Assembly: GCA_017463665.1 (NCBI GenBank)
Contig: JAFTOT010000087.1
Span: forward strand, 5,871 to 69,870
DNA from: Clostridia bacterium
GTDB lineage: Bacteria; Bacillota; Clostridia; Oscillospirales; CAG-272
Length of the DNA: 64,000 bases
Reading direction: 5' to 3'
Both the position numbers and the translations under genes were made by a program. This document shows, piece by piece, positions 50,607 through 59,827 of this stretch (position 1 is its first letter; each line of letters starts with the position of its first letter). The notes below the pieces were generated by a model, which searched no databases, was not told where the DNA came from, and worked only from the letters and a program-made list of their open reading frames with translations.

Positions 50607-52625
50607 ATGTATATCGTGAAAAACGGTTCCGAGTACATCGTTTCGGATGCGGCGGAGAACGCGGTTGCGAGCGTCTTGGCGCCGATCGTGGAGGAAAACG
50701 GCAAGGAGTTTGTCCTCTCTGCGAGCGAAAACGGCTTTGCGGGACACGGATTTTCCTGTACCGAGGACGTACAGAGTGAGGGGGATGGGCTTTTCAAAGT
50801 TACCAGAACTTTGAAAAACGAGAGCTTCACGCCGCGCATCATCAAGTTTATTTTCGAGACAGTTACCGCGTTTGTGCCCGCGCGCTATCTGATTCCCTGT
50901 GTCAGTTACAACGGCAACCGCTTCGGAGAGGGCAAGGAGCCCAAGGGCATGATCTGCGAGGAGACGGGCGAGCCGTGGATCCATTCCTACGATCGCACAC
51001 CGATCCCGTCCTGCTCGGTGACCGAGACGAAAGAGATCGCGTTTTCGCTCTTTGCGTCGAATGAGACGACAGAGAGCCTTGTTTCCTCGGTTTCGCTGCG
51101 TCCCGCCGACGGCGGTCGTATTTCGCAGCGCATTTATTGGCCCGTGACCGAGGCACCCTTTACCTATTACGAAAACGATAAGTACAACGAACCTCTGCAT
51201 ACCTATATTACGCTCGCGGCAGGCGAGACATGCACCGTTTCGGTGTATATGCTTTGCGCCGTGCCGCAGTGGGAGAACTACGGTGTTTGCGCCACGCTTG
51301 ACCGAGCGCTGGAACTGTTCCCGTTTGGCCACGGTGCAAACCGCACGACAGACGAGCTCTGGCGTCTGGGCATCGCTTACAGCCGATTCCTGCTCCGCGA
51401 GCACAAGGGCAAGCTGCTGTTCTCCAGCGGTATCCATCCGACTGCGAAGGGTCCGTACTTTGTCCCCCACTATGAGATCGGCTGGTGCGGTCAGAACATT
51501 ATGAATGCGCGTATGCTCACGCTCGAATATCTGCGCACGGGTGAAAAGGAACTGCTCGAAAAGGCGATGACCGTCTGCGACAACTGGCTGGAAAAGCAGT
51601 CGGAATCGGGACTCGTACTTGCGCACTATGAGTGGTACACCGAGGGACAGAACTGGAACTACAAGCCGCGCGACTATACAAAGTCGTGGGCAAGCAATGT
51701 GGACTACAAAAACGGCTGGCTGCCCGAGACCTGCAACACGGCATGGGCGGCTTGCGAAATGCTCAAACTCTGGGATCTGCTGCGCAAGAACGGCATCGAC
51801 CGTCCCGACTATAAGCAGTTTGCCACCAAGATCCTCGACTTCTTCTGCGATCACTACAGCGAGGAGTACGCCTTCGGCAAGGCATGGCACTTTGACGGTC
51901 GCTGCGAGGAGGAAAACGGCACGGTCGGCGCGTTTGTGACGATGGCGCTCTGCGACGGCTGGCGCATTCTCGGCGAGCAGAGATATCTTGACTTTGCGGC
52001 AAAGTCGCTCGAGTTCTACATGCACCGCGACCTCGATCAGTTTATCTGCACCGCCGGTGCGATCGACTGCACCTGCGTGGATAAGGAGACCGCGGGCCCC
52101 GTGATCATCGCCGCGCTCGACCTCTATGAATTTACTAAGGAAGAAAAGTATCTCGAATATGCCGTTAAGGCGTCCTACTATTTTGCCTCCTGGATGTATA
52201 CATATGATGTGCACTACGGTCCCGAGGCGGAGTTCACGCAGTACGGCTATTACACCTCCGGTTCGACCTATGTTTCGGTACAGCATCCCGCGCTGGATCA
52301 GTGGGGCGAGCTGATGTGCTGTGAGTGGCTGCGTCTTGCCGACTACACGGGCGACGACAGATGGCGTCAGCGTGCGATCATGATGTGGTACAACGCAACG
52401 CAGTGCATTGCGGATGAAAACAACCGTACTTTCCACGGTCTCGAGCGTCCCGTCGGCGCACAGAACGAGGCGTTCTATCAGGCGCGCTGGGGACACAGAA
52501 AGAACTGCAACGAGCGCGGTCACCTCAACGACTGGTGCGTCTCGTGGGTCAATGTCTTCCGCCTGAACGTGCTCGACCGTCTGACAAGCGTTAACGGATA
52601 TACAGATAGAAGTGCATTAGAATAA
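50607..52625 (+). CDS. Hypothetical cytoplasmic protein (672 aa), possibly alpha/alpha-barrel glycoside-hydrolase-like
   Basis: Long ORF with a GAGGAGG RBS and its own terminator. Trp/Tyr-rich helical C-half. No motif confidently recognised. Confidence 0.6.
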   Translation: MYIVKNGSEYIVSDAAENAVASVLAPIVEENGKEFVLSASENGFAGHGFSCTEDVQSEGDGLFKVTRTLKNESFTPRIIKFIFETVTAFVPARYLIPCVSYNGNRFGEGKEPKGMICEETGEPWIHSYDRTPIPSCSVTETKEIAFSLFASNETTESLVSSVSLRPADGGRISQRIYWPVTEAPFTYYENDKYNEPLHTYITLAAGETCTVSVYMLCAVPQWENYGVCATLDRALELFPFGHGANRTTDELWRLGIAYSRFLLREHKGKLLFSSGIHPTAKGPYFVPHYEIGWCGQNIMNARMLTLEYLRTGEKELLEKAMTVCDNWLEKQSESGLVLAHYEWYTEGQNWNYKPRDYTKSWASNVDYKNGWLPETCNTAWAACEMLKLWDLLRKNGIDRPDYKQFATKILDFFCDHYSEEYAFGKAWHFDGRCEEENGTVGAFVTMALCDGWRILGEQRYLDFAAKSLEFYMHRDLDQFICTAGAIDCTCVDKETAGPVIIAALDLYEFTKEEKYLEYAVKASYYFASWMYTYDVHYGPEAEFTQYGYYTSGSTYVSVQHPALDQWGELMCCEWLRLADYTGDDRWRQRAIMMWYNATQCIADENNRTFHGLERPVGAQNEAFYQARWGHRKNCNERGHLNDWCVSWVNVFRLNVLDRLTSVNGYTDRSALE

Positions 52626-52640
52626 AATGAAGTAAAATGA

Positions 52641-52677
52641 AAGCAGAGCCTTCCCGTCGGGAAGGCTCTGCTTTTCT
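52641..52677 (+). terminator. Rho-independent terminator
   Basis: AAGCAGAGCCTTCCC/GGGAAGGCTCTGCTT stem followed by TTTCTG. Confidence 0.8.
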
Positions 52678-52749
52678 GTGATTGACAACGCGCTGCGGAT
52701 GTTGTATACTGTATTTACAGATGTAAATTCATTACGACGGAGGTACGGG

Positions 52750-53685
52750 ATGAAAAAGCGGTTTCTTTTGCTCTGTATGCTTGCGTTCTTGCTTTGCGCC
52801 TGCGCGGTGGAGCCTGCGGAGACAACGACAGCGCCCGTGACAACGACAGTGCCCGTGACAACGGCAGTGCCCGTGACAACGACAGCGCCCGTGACAACGA
52901 CAGCGCCCGTGACAACGGCAGTGCCCGTGACAACGGCGGTGCCCATGACAACGACAGCGCCCGAAACAACGACAGCGCCCGAAACAACGACAGCGCCCGA
53001 AACAATGGCGGTGCCCGAAACGATGGCGGTGCCTGTGACAACGATCACCGATCCCTCTGCGATAGATATTGCTGTGCCGATCGATACATATGAGAGCGAT
53101 ACGTATACCGTGACCGAATACCGCAACAGCGATGACAGTGTGATCTACTGGACGGTCGTTACAAAAAGCATATTGCATTCGCAGGAGTTTCGCTATGATC
53201 GGGACGAAAACGCAGGACCGATTCCATCGGTCACTACGCTTGTTGCCGAAGCGGACATCAATTTTGACGGGCGAACGGACCTTTGCCTGTTTAAAGGGTA
53301 TTTCGGTGCGCAGGGAGCAAGACTGTATATCGGCTATCTGCAAAATGCCGACGGCACGTACACGCTCTGTGAAGGATTTGAAAATATCGCAGATCCGGCG
53401 CTCGATGCAGAGAATAAAGTGATCCTTTCCACCTCGAGAGAAAACGCAGCTCAACACCGATACGGCAAATATGCTTTTGCAGGCAATGCGGTAAAATGTA
53501 CGGATGCACTGATCTATACCGTCGGAGATGAAACCGTGGAGATGGACGGCGTTGTGTATTCGATCGCGTCCGACTCGCCCGACCGTGACCGTTTCCTCGG
53601 CGAGGGCGGTGAGTGGGAGCTCGAGGGCGAAAAGTGGTACAGCGGTCTCGGCGTCGTCCGCCAAAACAGTGTGTCGGATAAGTGA
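52750..53685 (+). CDS. Putative lipoprotein with Thr/Pro/Val hexapeptide repeat linker
   Basis: ATG 52750 follows GGAGG. Signal/lipobox-like MKKRFLLLCMLAFLLCAC. Twelve TT(T/A)(A/V)P(V/E) repeats, then a globular C-domain. Confidence 0.7.
   Translation: MKKRFLLLCMLAFLLCACAVEPAETTTAPVTTTVPVTTAVPVTTTAPVTTTAPVTTAVPVTTAVPMTTTAPETTTAPETTTAPETMAVPETMAVPVTTITDPSAIDIAVPIDTYESDTYTVTEYRNSDDSVIYWTVVTKSILHSQEFRYDRDENAGPIPSVTTLVAEADINFDGRTDLCLFKGYFGAQGARLYIGYLQNADGTYTLCEGFENIADPALDAENKVILSTSRENAAQHRYGKYAFAGNAVKCTDALIYTVGDETVEMDGVVYSIASDSPDRDRFLGEGGEWELEGEKWYSGLGVVRQNSVSDK
52822..53037 (+). repeat. 12 tandem 18-bp coding repeats (ACAACGACAGCGCCCGTG family)
   Basis: In-frame units encode TTTAPV/TTAVPV/TTTAPE/TMAVPE variants. 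The repeats also create long spurious ORFs in other frames and on the other strand. Confidence 0.9.
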
Positions 53686-53714
53686 CAAGCATGCCGCCGA
53701 TGCTGCAAAATTGC

Positions 53715-53765
53715 AAAAAAGCACAAATCTTGCTAAAAAAGCGCAGGTTTTGTGCTTTTTTATTT
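53715..53765 (+). terminator. Rho-independent terminator after lipoprotein gene
   Basis: AAAAGCACAAA/TTTGTGCTTTT stem followed by a T-run. Confidence 0.7.
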
Positions 53766-53786
53766 GGTAATAGTGTAATAATCGGA

Positions 53787-53816
53787 TTGATTTTTACATG
53801 TAAAATGTGCTATAAT
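53787..53816 (+). promoter_or_regulatory. Sigma-70 promoter of glgB (extended -10)
   Basis: TTGATT, 18-nt spacer, TGcTATAAT. Confidence 0.55.
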
Positions 53817-53850
53817 TGAAATAACCAATAATCCCGAGGGAGGCGACCGT

Positions 53851-55836
53851 ATGCGTTACAAGATATTTGAATATGATCCATATTTAAAGCCGTATACTGC
53901 GGATATCGAGCTCAGAATGGACAACTATAACCGAAAAAAGAAAGAACTTCTCGGCGATGGTTTATCCCTTTTGGATTTTGCCAACGGGCACGAGTATTTC
54001 GGCTTTCATAAGAGCGGCGACGGCTGGGTCTACCGTGAGTGGGCACCCGGCGCGGACGCGCTGTATATCATGGGAGACATGAACGGCTGGGATCCGACGA
54101 GTCTTCCGCTGCAAAACATCGGTAAGGGTGTTTTTGAGATCTATCTTACGGGCGAGAACAGTCTGTACGGCGGATGCAAGGTCAAGACGGTGGTGGAAAA
54201 GGACGGCAAACGGATGGAAAGGATCCCGCTGTATGCCCGCCGCGTGGTGCAGGACCCCGTCAGCTATACATGGGCGGCAGAGATCCTGGACGAAAAGCCG
54301 TTTGCGTGGAGCAAAAAGAAGTTTACCCCGCCGAAAAACCTCTTTATCTATGAGTGCCATATCGGTATGGCGCAGGACAAAGAGGGGCTTGGCACCTATG
54401 CGGAGTTCACGGAAAAAGTTTTGCCGCGTGTGAAAGCGCTGGGATATAACGCGATCCAGATCATGGCGATCATGGAACATCCGTATTACGGCTCGTTCGG
54501 CTATCAGGTCTCGTCCTTCTTTGCGGCGTCCTCCCGCTTCGGCATGCCCGAGGATCTCAAGCGTCTGATCGATACGGCGCACAGTATGGGAATCGCGGTG
54601 CTGCTGGATGTGATCCATTCCCACGCGGTAAAGAATACCGCCGAGGGCATCAATCAGTTTGACGGCACGGACTATCAGTTCTTCCATACGGGATCGCGCG
54701 GCGAGCATCCCGCGTGGGATACGAAGCTCTTTAACTATAATAAAAATGAAGTCATTCATTTCCTGCTTTCCAACCTCAAGTTCTGGATGACCGAATATCA
54801 CTTTGACGGCTTCCGCTTTGACGGTATTACGTCCATGATCTATCACGATCACGGACTCGGGGAAGCCTTCACGGATTACAAAAAATACTTTTCGCTCAAT
54901 ACCGATACCGAGGCGATCACCTATTTGCAGCTTGCCAATGAGCTGATCCGTCAGGTGAACCCCAAGGCGATCACCATCGCTGAGGATATGTCCGCGATGC
55001 CGGGTATGTGCCTGCCGATCGAAGAGGGCGGCGTAGGCTTTGACTACCGCCTCTCCATGGGCGTGCCCGACATGTGGATCAAGCTGCTCAAAACCACCAA
55101 GGACGAAGACTGGAACATGTATTATATATGGCATGAGCTGACCAGCCGCCGTCCTATGGAAAAGTATATCGGCTATGCGGAGTCGCACGATCAGGCATTG
55201 GTCGGCGACAAAACCATCATGTTCTGGCTGTGTGACAGTGCCATGTACACCGATATGTCCAAGTCCTCCACAAGCGCTGTAGTCGATCGCGGCATCGCTC
55301 TGCATAAGATGATCCGTCTGGTGACCATGACGCTCGCGGGAGAGGGATATCTGAACTTCATGGGCAACGAGTTCGGACACCCGGAGTGGATCGATTTTCC
55401 GCGCGAGGGCAACGGCTGGAGCTACCATTACTGCCGCAGACAGTGGCATCTTGCCGACGATCCGCTGCTGAAATATGAATGGCTGCTCGAATTTGACAAA
55501 GCGCTCGTGGCAATGGTGCAGGACAAAAAGCTCTTTGCCAAGGCACCCGTCGGTTTGTATATTGATGACGAATCCAAGGTGCTGGTATATGAGCGCGGCG
55601 GCATGATCTTCGCATTGAATTTTGATCCGACAAGATCCTATCCGTCCTATTTCGTGCCGACGAAGAAGAAGGGAAGCTACGTGCCCGTTTTGTCTACCGA
55701 CGAAGAACGTTTCGGCGGTTGGGATCGGATCGACCTGTCTGCGACCTACACAGCCGCCAAGACAGAGAAGTCGGGCATCGGATTCCCCGTATATCTCCCC
55801 GCACGCACAGGCGTTTGCTTTGTAAAGACGAAATAA
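53851..55836 (+). CDS. glgB: 1,4-alpha-glucan branching enzyme (GH13)
   Basis: GH13 catalytic regions FDGFRFDGITSM, IAEDMSAMPG and ESHDQALVGDK. 661 aa. Confidence 0.9.
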   Translation: MRYKIFEYDPYLKPYTADIELRMDNYNRKKKELLGDGLSLLDFANGHEYFGFHKSGDGWVYREWAPGADALYIMGDMNGWDPTSLPLQNIGKGVFEIYLTGENSLYGGCKVKTVVEKDGKRMERIPLYARRVVQDPVSYTWAAEILDEKPFAWSKKKFTPPKNLFIYECHIGMAQDKEGLGTYAEFTEKVLPRVKALGYNAIQIMAIMEHPYYGSFGYQVSSFFAASSRFGMPEDLKRLIDTAHSMGIAVLLDVIHSHAVKNTAEGINQFDGTDYQFFHTGSRGEHPAWDTKLFNYNKNEVIHFLLSNLKFWMTEYHFDGFRFDGITSMIYHDHGLGEAFTDYKKYFSLNTDTEAITYLQLANELIRQVNPKAITIAEDMSAMPGMCLPIEEGGVGFDYRLSMGVPDMWIKLLKTTKDEDWNMYYIWHELTSRRPMEKYIGYAESHDQALVGDKTIMFWLCDSAMYTDMSKSSTSAVVDRGIALHKMIRLVTMTLAGEGYLNFMGNEFGHPEWIDFPREGNGWSYHYCRRQWHLADDPLLKYEWLLEFDKALVAMVQDKKLFAKAPVGLYIDDESKVLVYERGGMIFALNFDPTRSYPSYFVPTKKKGSYVPVLSTDEERFGGWDRIDLSATYTAAKTEKSGIGFPVYLPARTGVCFVKTK

Positions 55837-55851
55837 TAGTAGGAACTAAAA

Positions 55852-55900
55852 AGCATTGCAAGATCCGAAAAATTCGGATCTTGCAATGCTTTTGTCGTTT
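55852..55900 (+). terminator. Rho-independent terminator after glgB
   Basis: Perfect 18-bp stem AGCATTGCAAGATCCGAA/TTCGGATCTTGCAATGCT, AAA loop, then TTTGTCGTTTT. Confidence 0.85.
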
Positions 55901-55908
55901 TGTGAAGT

Positions 55909-56101
55909 AAATGGATTGTTTATGATACGAATGATTTGCGCGTACCGCGCATGAATTGACGGCTGTGCCGTCATGATTTGAATTGCAATCTCCTATGCGC
56001 CGCAGCGCAAATCATGCCGTAGGCAAATCATGAGCACACAGTGCTCAAATCATGCAATCCCTCGGATTGCAATTCATTGTTTACGCGCGTCGCGCGTAAA
56101 C
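55909..56101. repeat. Mini-hairpin array 2: CATGATTTG/CAAATCATG linkers separating tri-loop hairpins
   Basis: Left linkers AATGGATTG (55910), AATGATTTG (55930), CATGAATTG (55950), CATGATTTG (55972). Right linkers CAAATCATG x3 (56008, 56024, 56046) and CAATTCATTG (56069). Hairpins include CGCG-TAC-CGCG, ACGGC-TGT-GCCGT, TGCC-GTA-GGCA, AGCAC-ACA-GTGCT, CAATCC-CTC-GGATTG and GTTTACGCGC-GTC-GCGCGTAAAC. Confidence 0.85.
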
Positions 56102-56103
56102 TT

Positions 56104-57915
56104 TCATTTCTTCTCAGTGTAATACTGCGCTTGGGCGGTCCACAGCTCGTGGTATTTGCCGTTCACATCCGCAACGAGCTCGTCGTGCGTTCCGACTTGC
56201 ACGATGCTGCCATGATCGAACACGGCGATCTTGTCGCAGAAGCGGCAGGAGGACAGGCGGTGGCTGATGTAGATGGCGGTCTTGTCTCCGACGATGTCAT
56301 TGAACTTGGCATAGATCTCTGCCTCGGCGATGGGATCGAGCGCGGCGGTCGGCTCGTCCAGGATGATGAACGGTGCGTCCTTGTAGAGTGCGCGCGCCAG
56401 CGCAACCTTTTGCGCTTCGCCGCCCGAGAGGTTCACGCCGTCGGCATCAAAGTTTTTGTATAGCGGCGTGTCGAGCTTCTGCGGCATCTCCCGATACCGC
56501 TCGCCAAAGCCCACTTCTGCAAGGCAGCGTTCGGCTTTTTCGGCGTCCCACCGCTCGGCGGAAGCGACGTTGTTGCCGAGGGGCAGACCGAGCAGGCTGT
56601 AGTCCTGGAAGACGACCGAGAAAATGTCTAAATACTGACGGTAATCATACTTGCGGATGTTGAAATCATTCATCAGGATCTCGCCCTCGGTCGGATCGTA
56701 CAGGCGGCAAAGCAGTTTGATAAATGTGGTCTTGCCGCTGCCGTTCATGCCCACGACCGCCAGGCGCTCGCCCACCTTCAGGCTGAGGTTGATATTTTTG
56801 AGCGCGTAGGTGTCCGCACCCGCGTATTTGAAGCTGACATTTTTAAACTCGATGTCAAACTTCTTATCGCTGCGCTTTTCCACCGCAAGGCTGCCCTGGT
56901 ACATATCGTTTTGAATGTCGAAATAGTCGAGATACTGCTTTAAAAAAGGCTCATTATGCTTTGCTCGTCCCAATTGATTGAAAAGCGAGCAAATATTTTT
57001 AATCAACCTTCCAAGGTAACCCACATATTTGATCACACTGCCCACAGGGAAGGCGCCAAGCGTACAATATAGACAAACCAGCAAATATGTGCACATCTCG
57101 GAGAACTTTGTTAAAACAAATACCGGTGTTTCATAGAGAAAACTTTTGCGGTTGACCGCGGTAAATATACGCAAATGATCGCGGCTGTTTTTTTCCTCAA
57201 GCGGTGTAATAATTTCCTGTTGCCGGTAAATGCGACAGTCCATGCCGGACACTTTATACCCCTGTCCGATTCTGTTTTCGCCAAGCATATGTTCACTGAG
57301 GCTGTTCCAGTTGGCGGCATTCTTTTTGCTACTCTGTAACTGCATAACGACGGTGAGCACCACGAGAATAAAAAGCAAGACCAGTAAAACTGCGCCCATC
57401 AGGGGAAAGCGTACGCTTGCCATATTGCCGAGCATTTCGGTAAACAGAATACAGGAAAGCGAGATCTGCACGGCACAGTCCATGAGTTTTTCCACGGTAA
57501 AACGGAGCTGCTTTACTCCATGACTGTTGACCTGCGAATTCTGGCTGATCTTCCGCCGAAGCTGACGAATCTCGGGATTTTCCAGCTTGTCATAGTCAAG
57601 GGAAAGCGTTTTGCGGTTGAATGCCGCCGCCTCATTGTTGGCGAGGATCTGACGCTGTAGCTCCGTGATATATCCAAGAAGTGCCCCCACGATCCGCACA
57701 AATAGATTGCCAAACAAGGTAATGGCAACGAGCAGGAAGATCGCCTGTTTGTCCTTACCCGCATACAGCGCCGTGACGATCTCGGCGGACATCCAGAGAT
57801 TGAAGTAGGGAGAGATGCTTTGGAAGAGGATATGCAGGAATTTAAGGGGGAAATACTTTGGATTATACGCGCTGTACGTCCGAAAAGCGCGCATCGTGAT
57901 GTTTTCCTTACGCAT
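56104..57915 (-). CDS. ABC exporter, fused permease-ATPase (half transporter B)
   Basis: Six-TM-type N-domain, GMNGSGKTT, LSGGEAQKVALARAL, FIILDEPTAALD. Confidence 0.9.
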   Translation of the reverse strand: MRKENITMRAFRTYSAYNPKYFPLKFLHILFQSISPYFNLWMSAEIVTALYAGKDKQAIFLLVAITLFGNLFVRIVGALLGYITELQRQILANNEAAAFNRKTLSLDYDKLENPEIRQLRRKISQNSQVNSHGVKQLRFTVEKLMDCAVQISLSCILFTEMLGNMASVRFPLMGAVLLVLLFILVVLTVVMQLQSSKKNAANWNSLSEHMLGENRIGQGYKVSGMDCRIYRQQEIITPLEEKNSRDHLRIFTAVNRKSFLYETPVFVLTKFSEMCTYLLVCLYCTLGAFPVGSVIKYVGYLGRLIKNICSLFNQLGRAKHNEPFLKQYLDYFDIQNDMYQGSLAVEKRSDKKFDIEFKNVSFKYAGADTYALKNINLSLKVGERLAVVGMNGSGKTTFIKLLCRLYDPTEGEILMNDFNIRKYDYRQYLDIFSVVFQDYSLLGLPLGNNVASAERWDAEKAERCLAEVGFGERYREMPQKLDTPLYKNFDADGVNLSGGEAQKVALARALYKDAPFIILDEPTAALDPIAEAEIYAKFNDIVGDKTAIYISHRLSSCRFCDKIAVFDHGSIVQVGTHDELVADVNGKYHELWTAQAQYYTEKK

Positions 57916-59740
57916 GGATTTCTCCCTCCTTGTAGTATTTTGCCTGTACGCCGAACATATAGGCGTACTGTCCGTTTTTCGCCATCAATTCCTCGTGCGT
58001 GCCGCTCTCGGTGATGCTACCGTTTTCGAGCAGCAGAATGCGGTCACAGAAGCGCGTGGAGGCAAAGCGGTGCGAAATGTAGACCGAGGTCTTGCCCTCT
58101 GTCAGAGCGCGGTACTGCAGATACAGCTTGTTCTCGGCGATCGGATCGAGCGCGGCGGTCGGCTCGTCGAGGACGAGGATCGCGCCGTTTTTGTAAATGG
58201 CGCGCGCCAGGACCAGTTTTTGCATCTCGCCGCCCGAGAGGTCCACGCCGTCGTCATAGATGCCTTTCATCAAGTGCGTGTTGATGCCGTTTGGAAGGCT
58301 CTCGATCTTTTCATAGATGCCCGACGCCTGCATTGCGCGGATGGCATCCTCACGCGCTGTCGGGCGATCGAGATCCGCGCTCGCGACAAATTCAAACATC
58401 GTGAACGCCACAGGGGCGATCTGTTGGAATACAGCGGAGATCATCGAATAATATTCTTCGATATTGTATTCCTCGATCCGCTTACCGCCGACCAGGATCT
58501 CACCCTTTGTGGGCGTGTACATGCCGCAGATCAGCTTGATCAGCGTGGTCTTACCCGCGCCGTTCATACCCACGAGGGCAATGCTTTCGCCGCCCTCGAT
58601 CACAAGGTCGATGCCTTTCAGGGTGTAGTCCTCGGCGCCGTCATAGCGGTACCAGACGTCTTTCAGTTCGATCCTGACGGGTGCGGTCGGGAGTGCACAG
58701 CCCTCGCCGTGGTTAAACTTGTTCGGGTAGTCGAAAAACTCGCGATAGTATGCGATCTTTTCGGCGCGGGTGTTGAGCTTTGCCACGTCGCCGATGATGC
58801 CCTGCAAAAATCCGGCGATACTGCCTACAAGTCCGAAATAGAAGACAAAATCACCGACGGTCATGCCACCCTCAAGCAAAATGCCGATCAGCACGATATA
58901 GGCAACGCCGTTTTGGATCAAGGTCATCAGCCCTGCCAAGATCGATGCCCACAGTCCACGCAGGTGTACCCGATGATTCCACATCAAAATGTACGCCTGA
59001 TAGTCGCGCATCATTTTGTCAAGCAACGGTTCCAGACCGTAGAGCTTGATGTCCTTTGCTTTGGCAAAATCACCGCCCAGCCTTTGCAGATAAACCTTTT
59101 TTCTGCCTTCTTCTTCCCACTTGTGTTTATTCTTTTCATGGTATACCGGCTGCCAACGTGTGGTGAAGTAGGAGAGCGCCGATGTTACGGCAACCACGAC
59201 AAAAATGGCAGGGTGTAAAGATACCAGCAAGGATGCATATGTAAAAATTCCCGTCAGATGAATGAGCGCAGCCGGAAGATCGCGCCATAAAAACTCAGGC
59301 GAACAGTTCCCGCCGTTTGCGTCCCGAAAGGCATAGCCGCGAAGTTCTTTGAAGTCCTTCTTTTCGGTATTCTCAAAGTCAGTCTCCGCGTTTTCAAAGG
59401 CTGCAAGTTCGGATTGATACACGAGTGACGGATAGTACTGCCTCGATAAGCATTGCACATCCACCCAGTGCCTGACTGTTTGCAGAGCAAGGATTCCCAA
59501 AAGAAGCGCGACGACAACAGCTGCGAGCTCCGAAAAGGGGGCACCGCTGCCAATGCGGTCAATCAGCACCTTTGAATAATAGGATTCGGCAAGCGGCAAT
59601 GCCACCGAAAACGGCACGCTCGCAAAGATAAAAAACACAAACCATTTATCCAGCCTCCACAGCTTGCGCATCGTCCAGCAAAGGCAACTGAATCTGCCGT
59701 ATTTTCGCTTTTCTTTTTTCTTTTTCATAAAAAATCTCAC
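57908..59740 (-). CDS. ABC exporter, fused permease-ATPase (half transporter A)
   Basis: GMNGAGKTT, LSGGEMQKLVLARAI, ILVLDEPTAALD. 8-nt overlap with the partner gene. Start is 59740 or 59728. Confidence 0.9.
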   Translation of the reverse strand: MRFFMKKKKEKRKYGRFSCLCWTMRKLWRLDKWFVFFIFASVPFSVALPLAESYYSKVLIDRIGSGAPFSELAAVVVALLLGILALQTVRHWVDVQCLSRQYYPSLVYQSELAAFENAETDFENTEKKDFKELRGYAFRDANGGNCSPEFLWRDLPAALIHLTGIFTYASLLVSLHPAIFVVVAVTSALSYFTTRWQPVYHEKNKHKWEEEGRKKVYLQRLGGDFAKAKDIKLYGLEPLLDKMMRDYQAYILMWNHRVHLRGLWASILAGLMTLIQNGVAYIVLIGILLEGGMTVGDFVFYFGLVGSIAGFLQGIIGDVAKLNTRAEKIAYYREFFDYPNKFNHGEGCALPTAPVRIELKDVWYRYDGAEDYTLKGIDLVIEGGESIALVGMNGAGKTTLIKLICGMYTPTKGEILVGGKRIEEYNIEEYYSMISAVFQQIAPVAFTMFEFVASADLDRPTAREDAIRAMQASGIYEKIESLPNGINTHLMKGIYDDGVDLSGGEMQKLVLARAIYKNGAILVLDEPTAALDPIAENKLYLQYRALTEGKTSVYISHRFASTRFCDRILLLENGSITESGTHEELMAKNGQYAYMFGVQAKYYKEGEIHA

Positions 59741-59827
59741 CTCTTGCCCTCAGTGTAACATGCTGAAATGAAAAAAAGTGCGATCTGATACCAAATGTCG
59801 AAAATTTGATGTCAAATGCACTTTTGG

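Noticed and set aside
52617-53126. Minus-strand 169-aa ORF and the other-frame ORFs 52715..53041, 52794..53093 and 52732..53724 across the lipoprotein repeat.
   Set aside because: These are artefacts of the 18-bp tandem repeat, which stays open in several frames. Only the plus-strand frame has an RBS, a signal peptide/lipobox and a non-repetitive globular C-terminal domain.
59741-59827. LytTR-box call on the near-repeat ATTTGACAT-caa-ATTTTCGACAT upstream of the ABC exporter genes.
   Set aside because: The repeat spacing (about 12 nt) does not match the 9-bp repeats separated by about 12 nt (21-nt period) known for AgrA-type sites. It is mentioned only as context in the LytTR finding.
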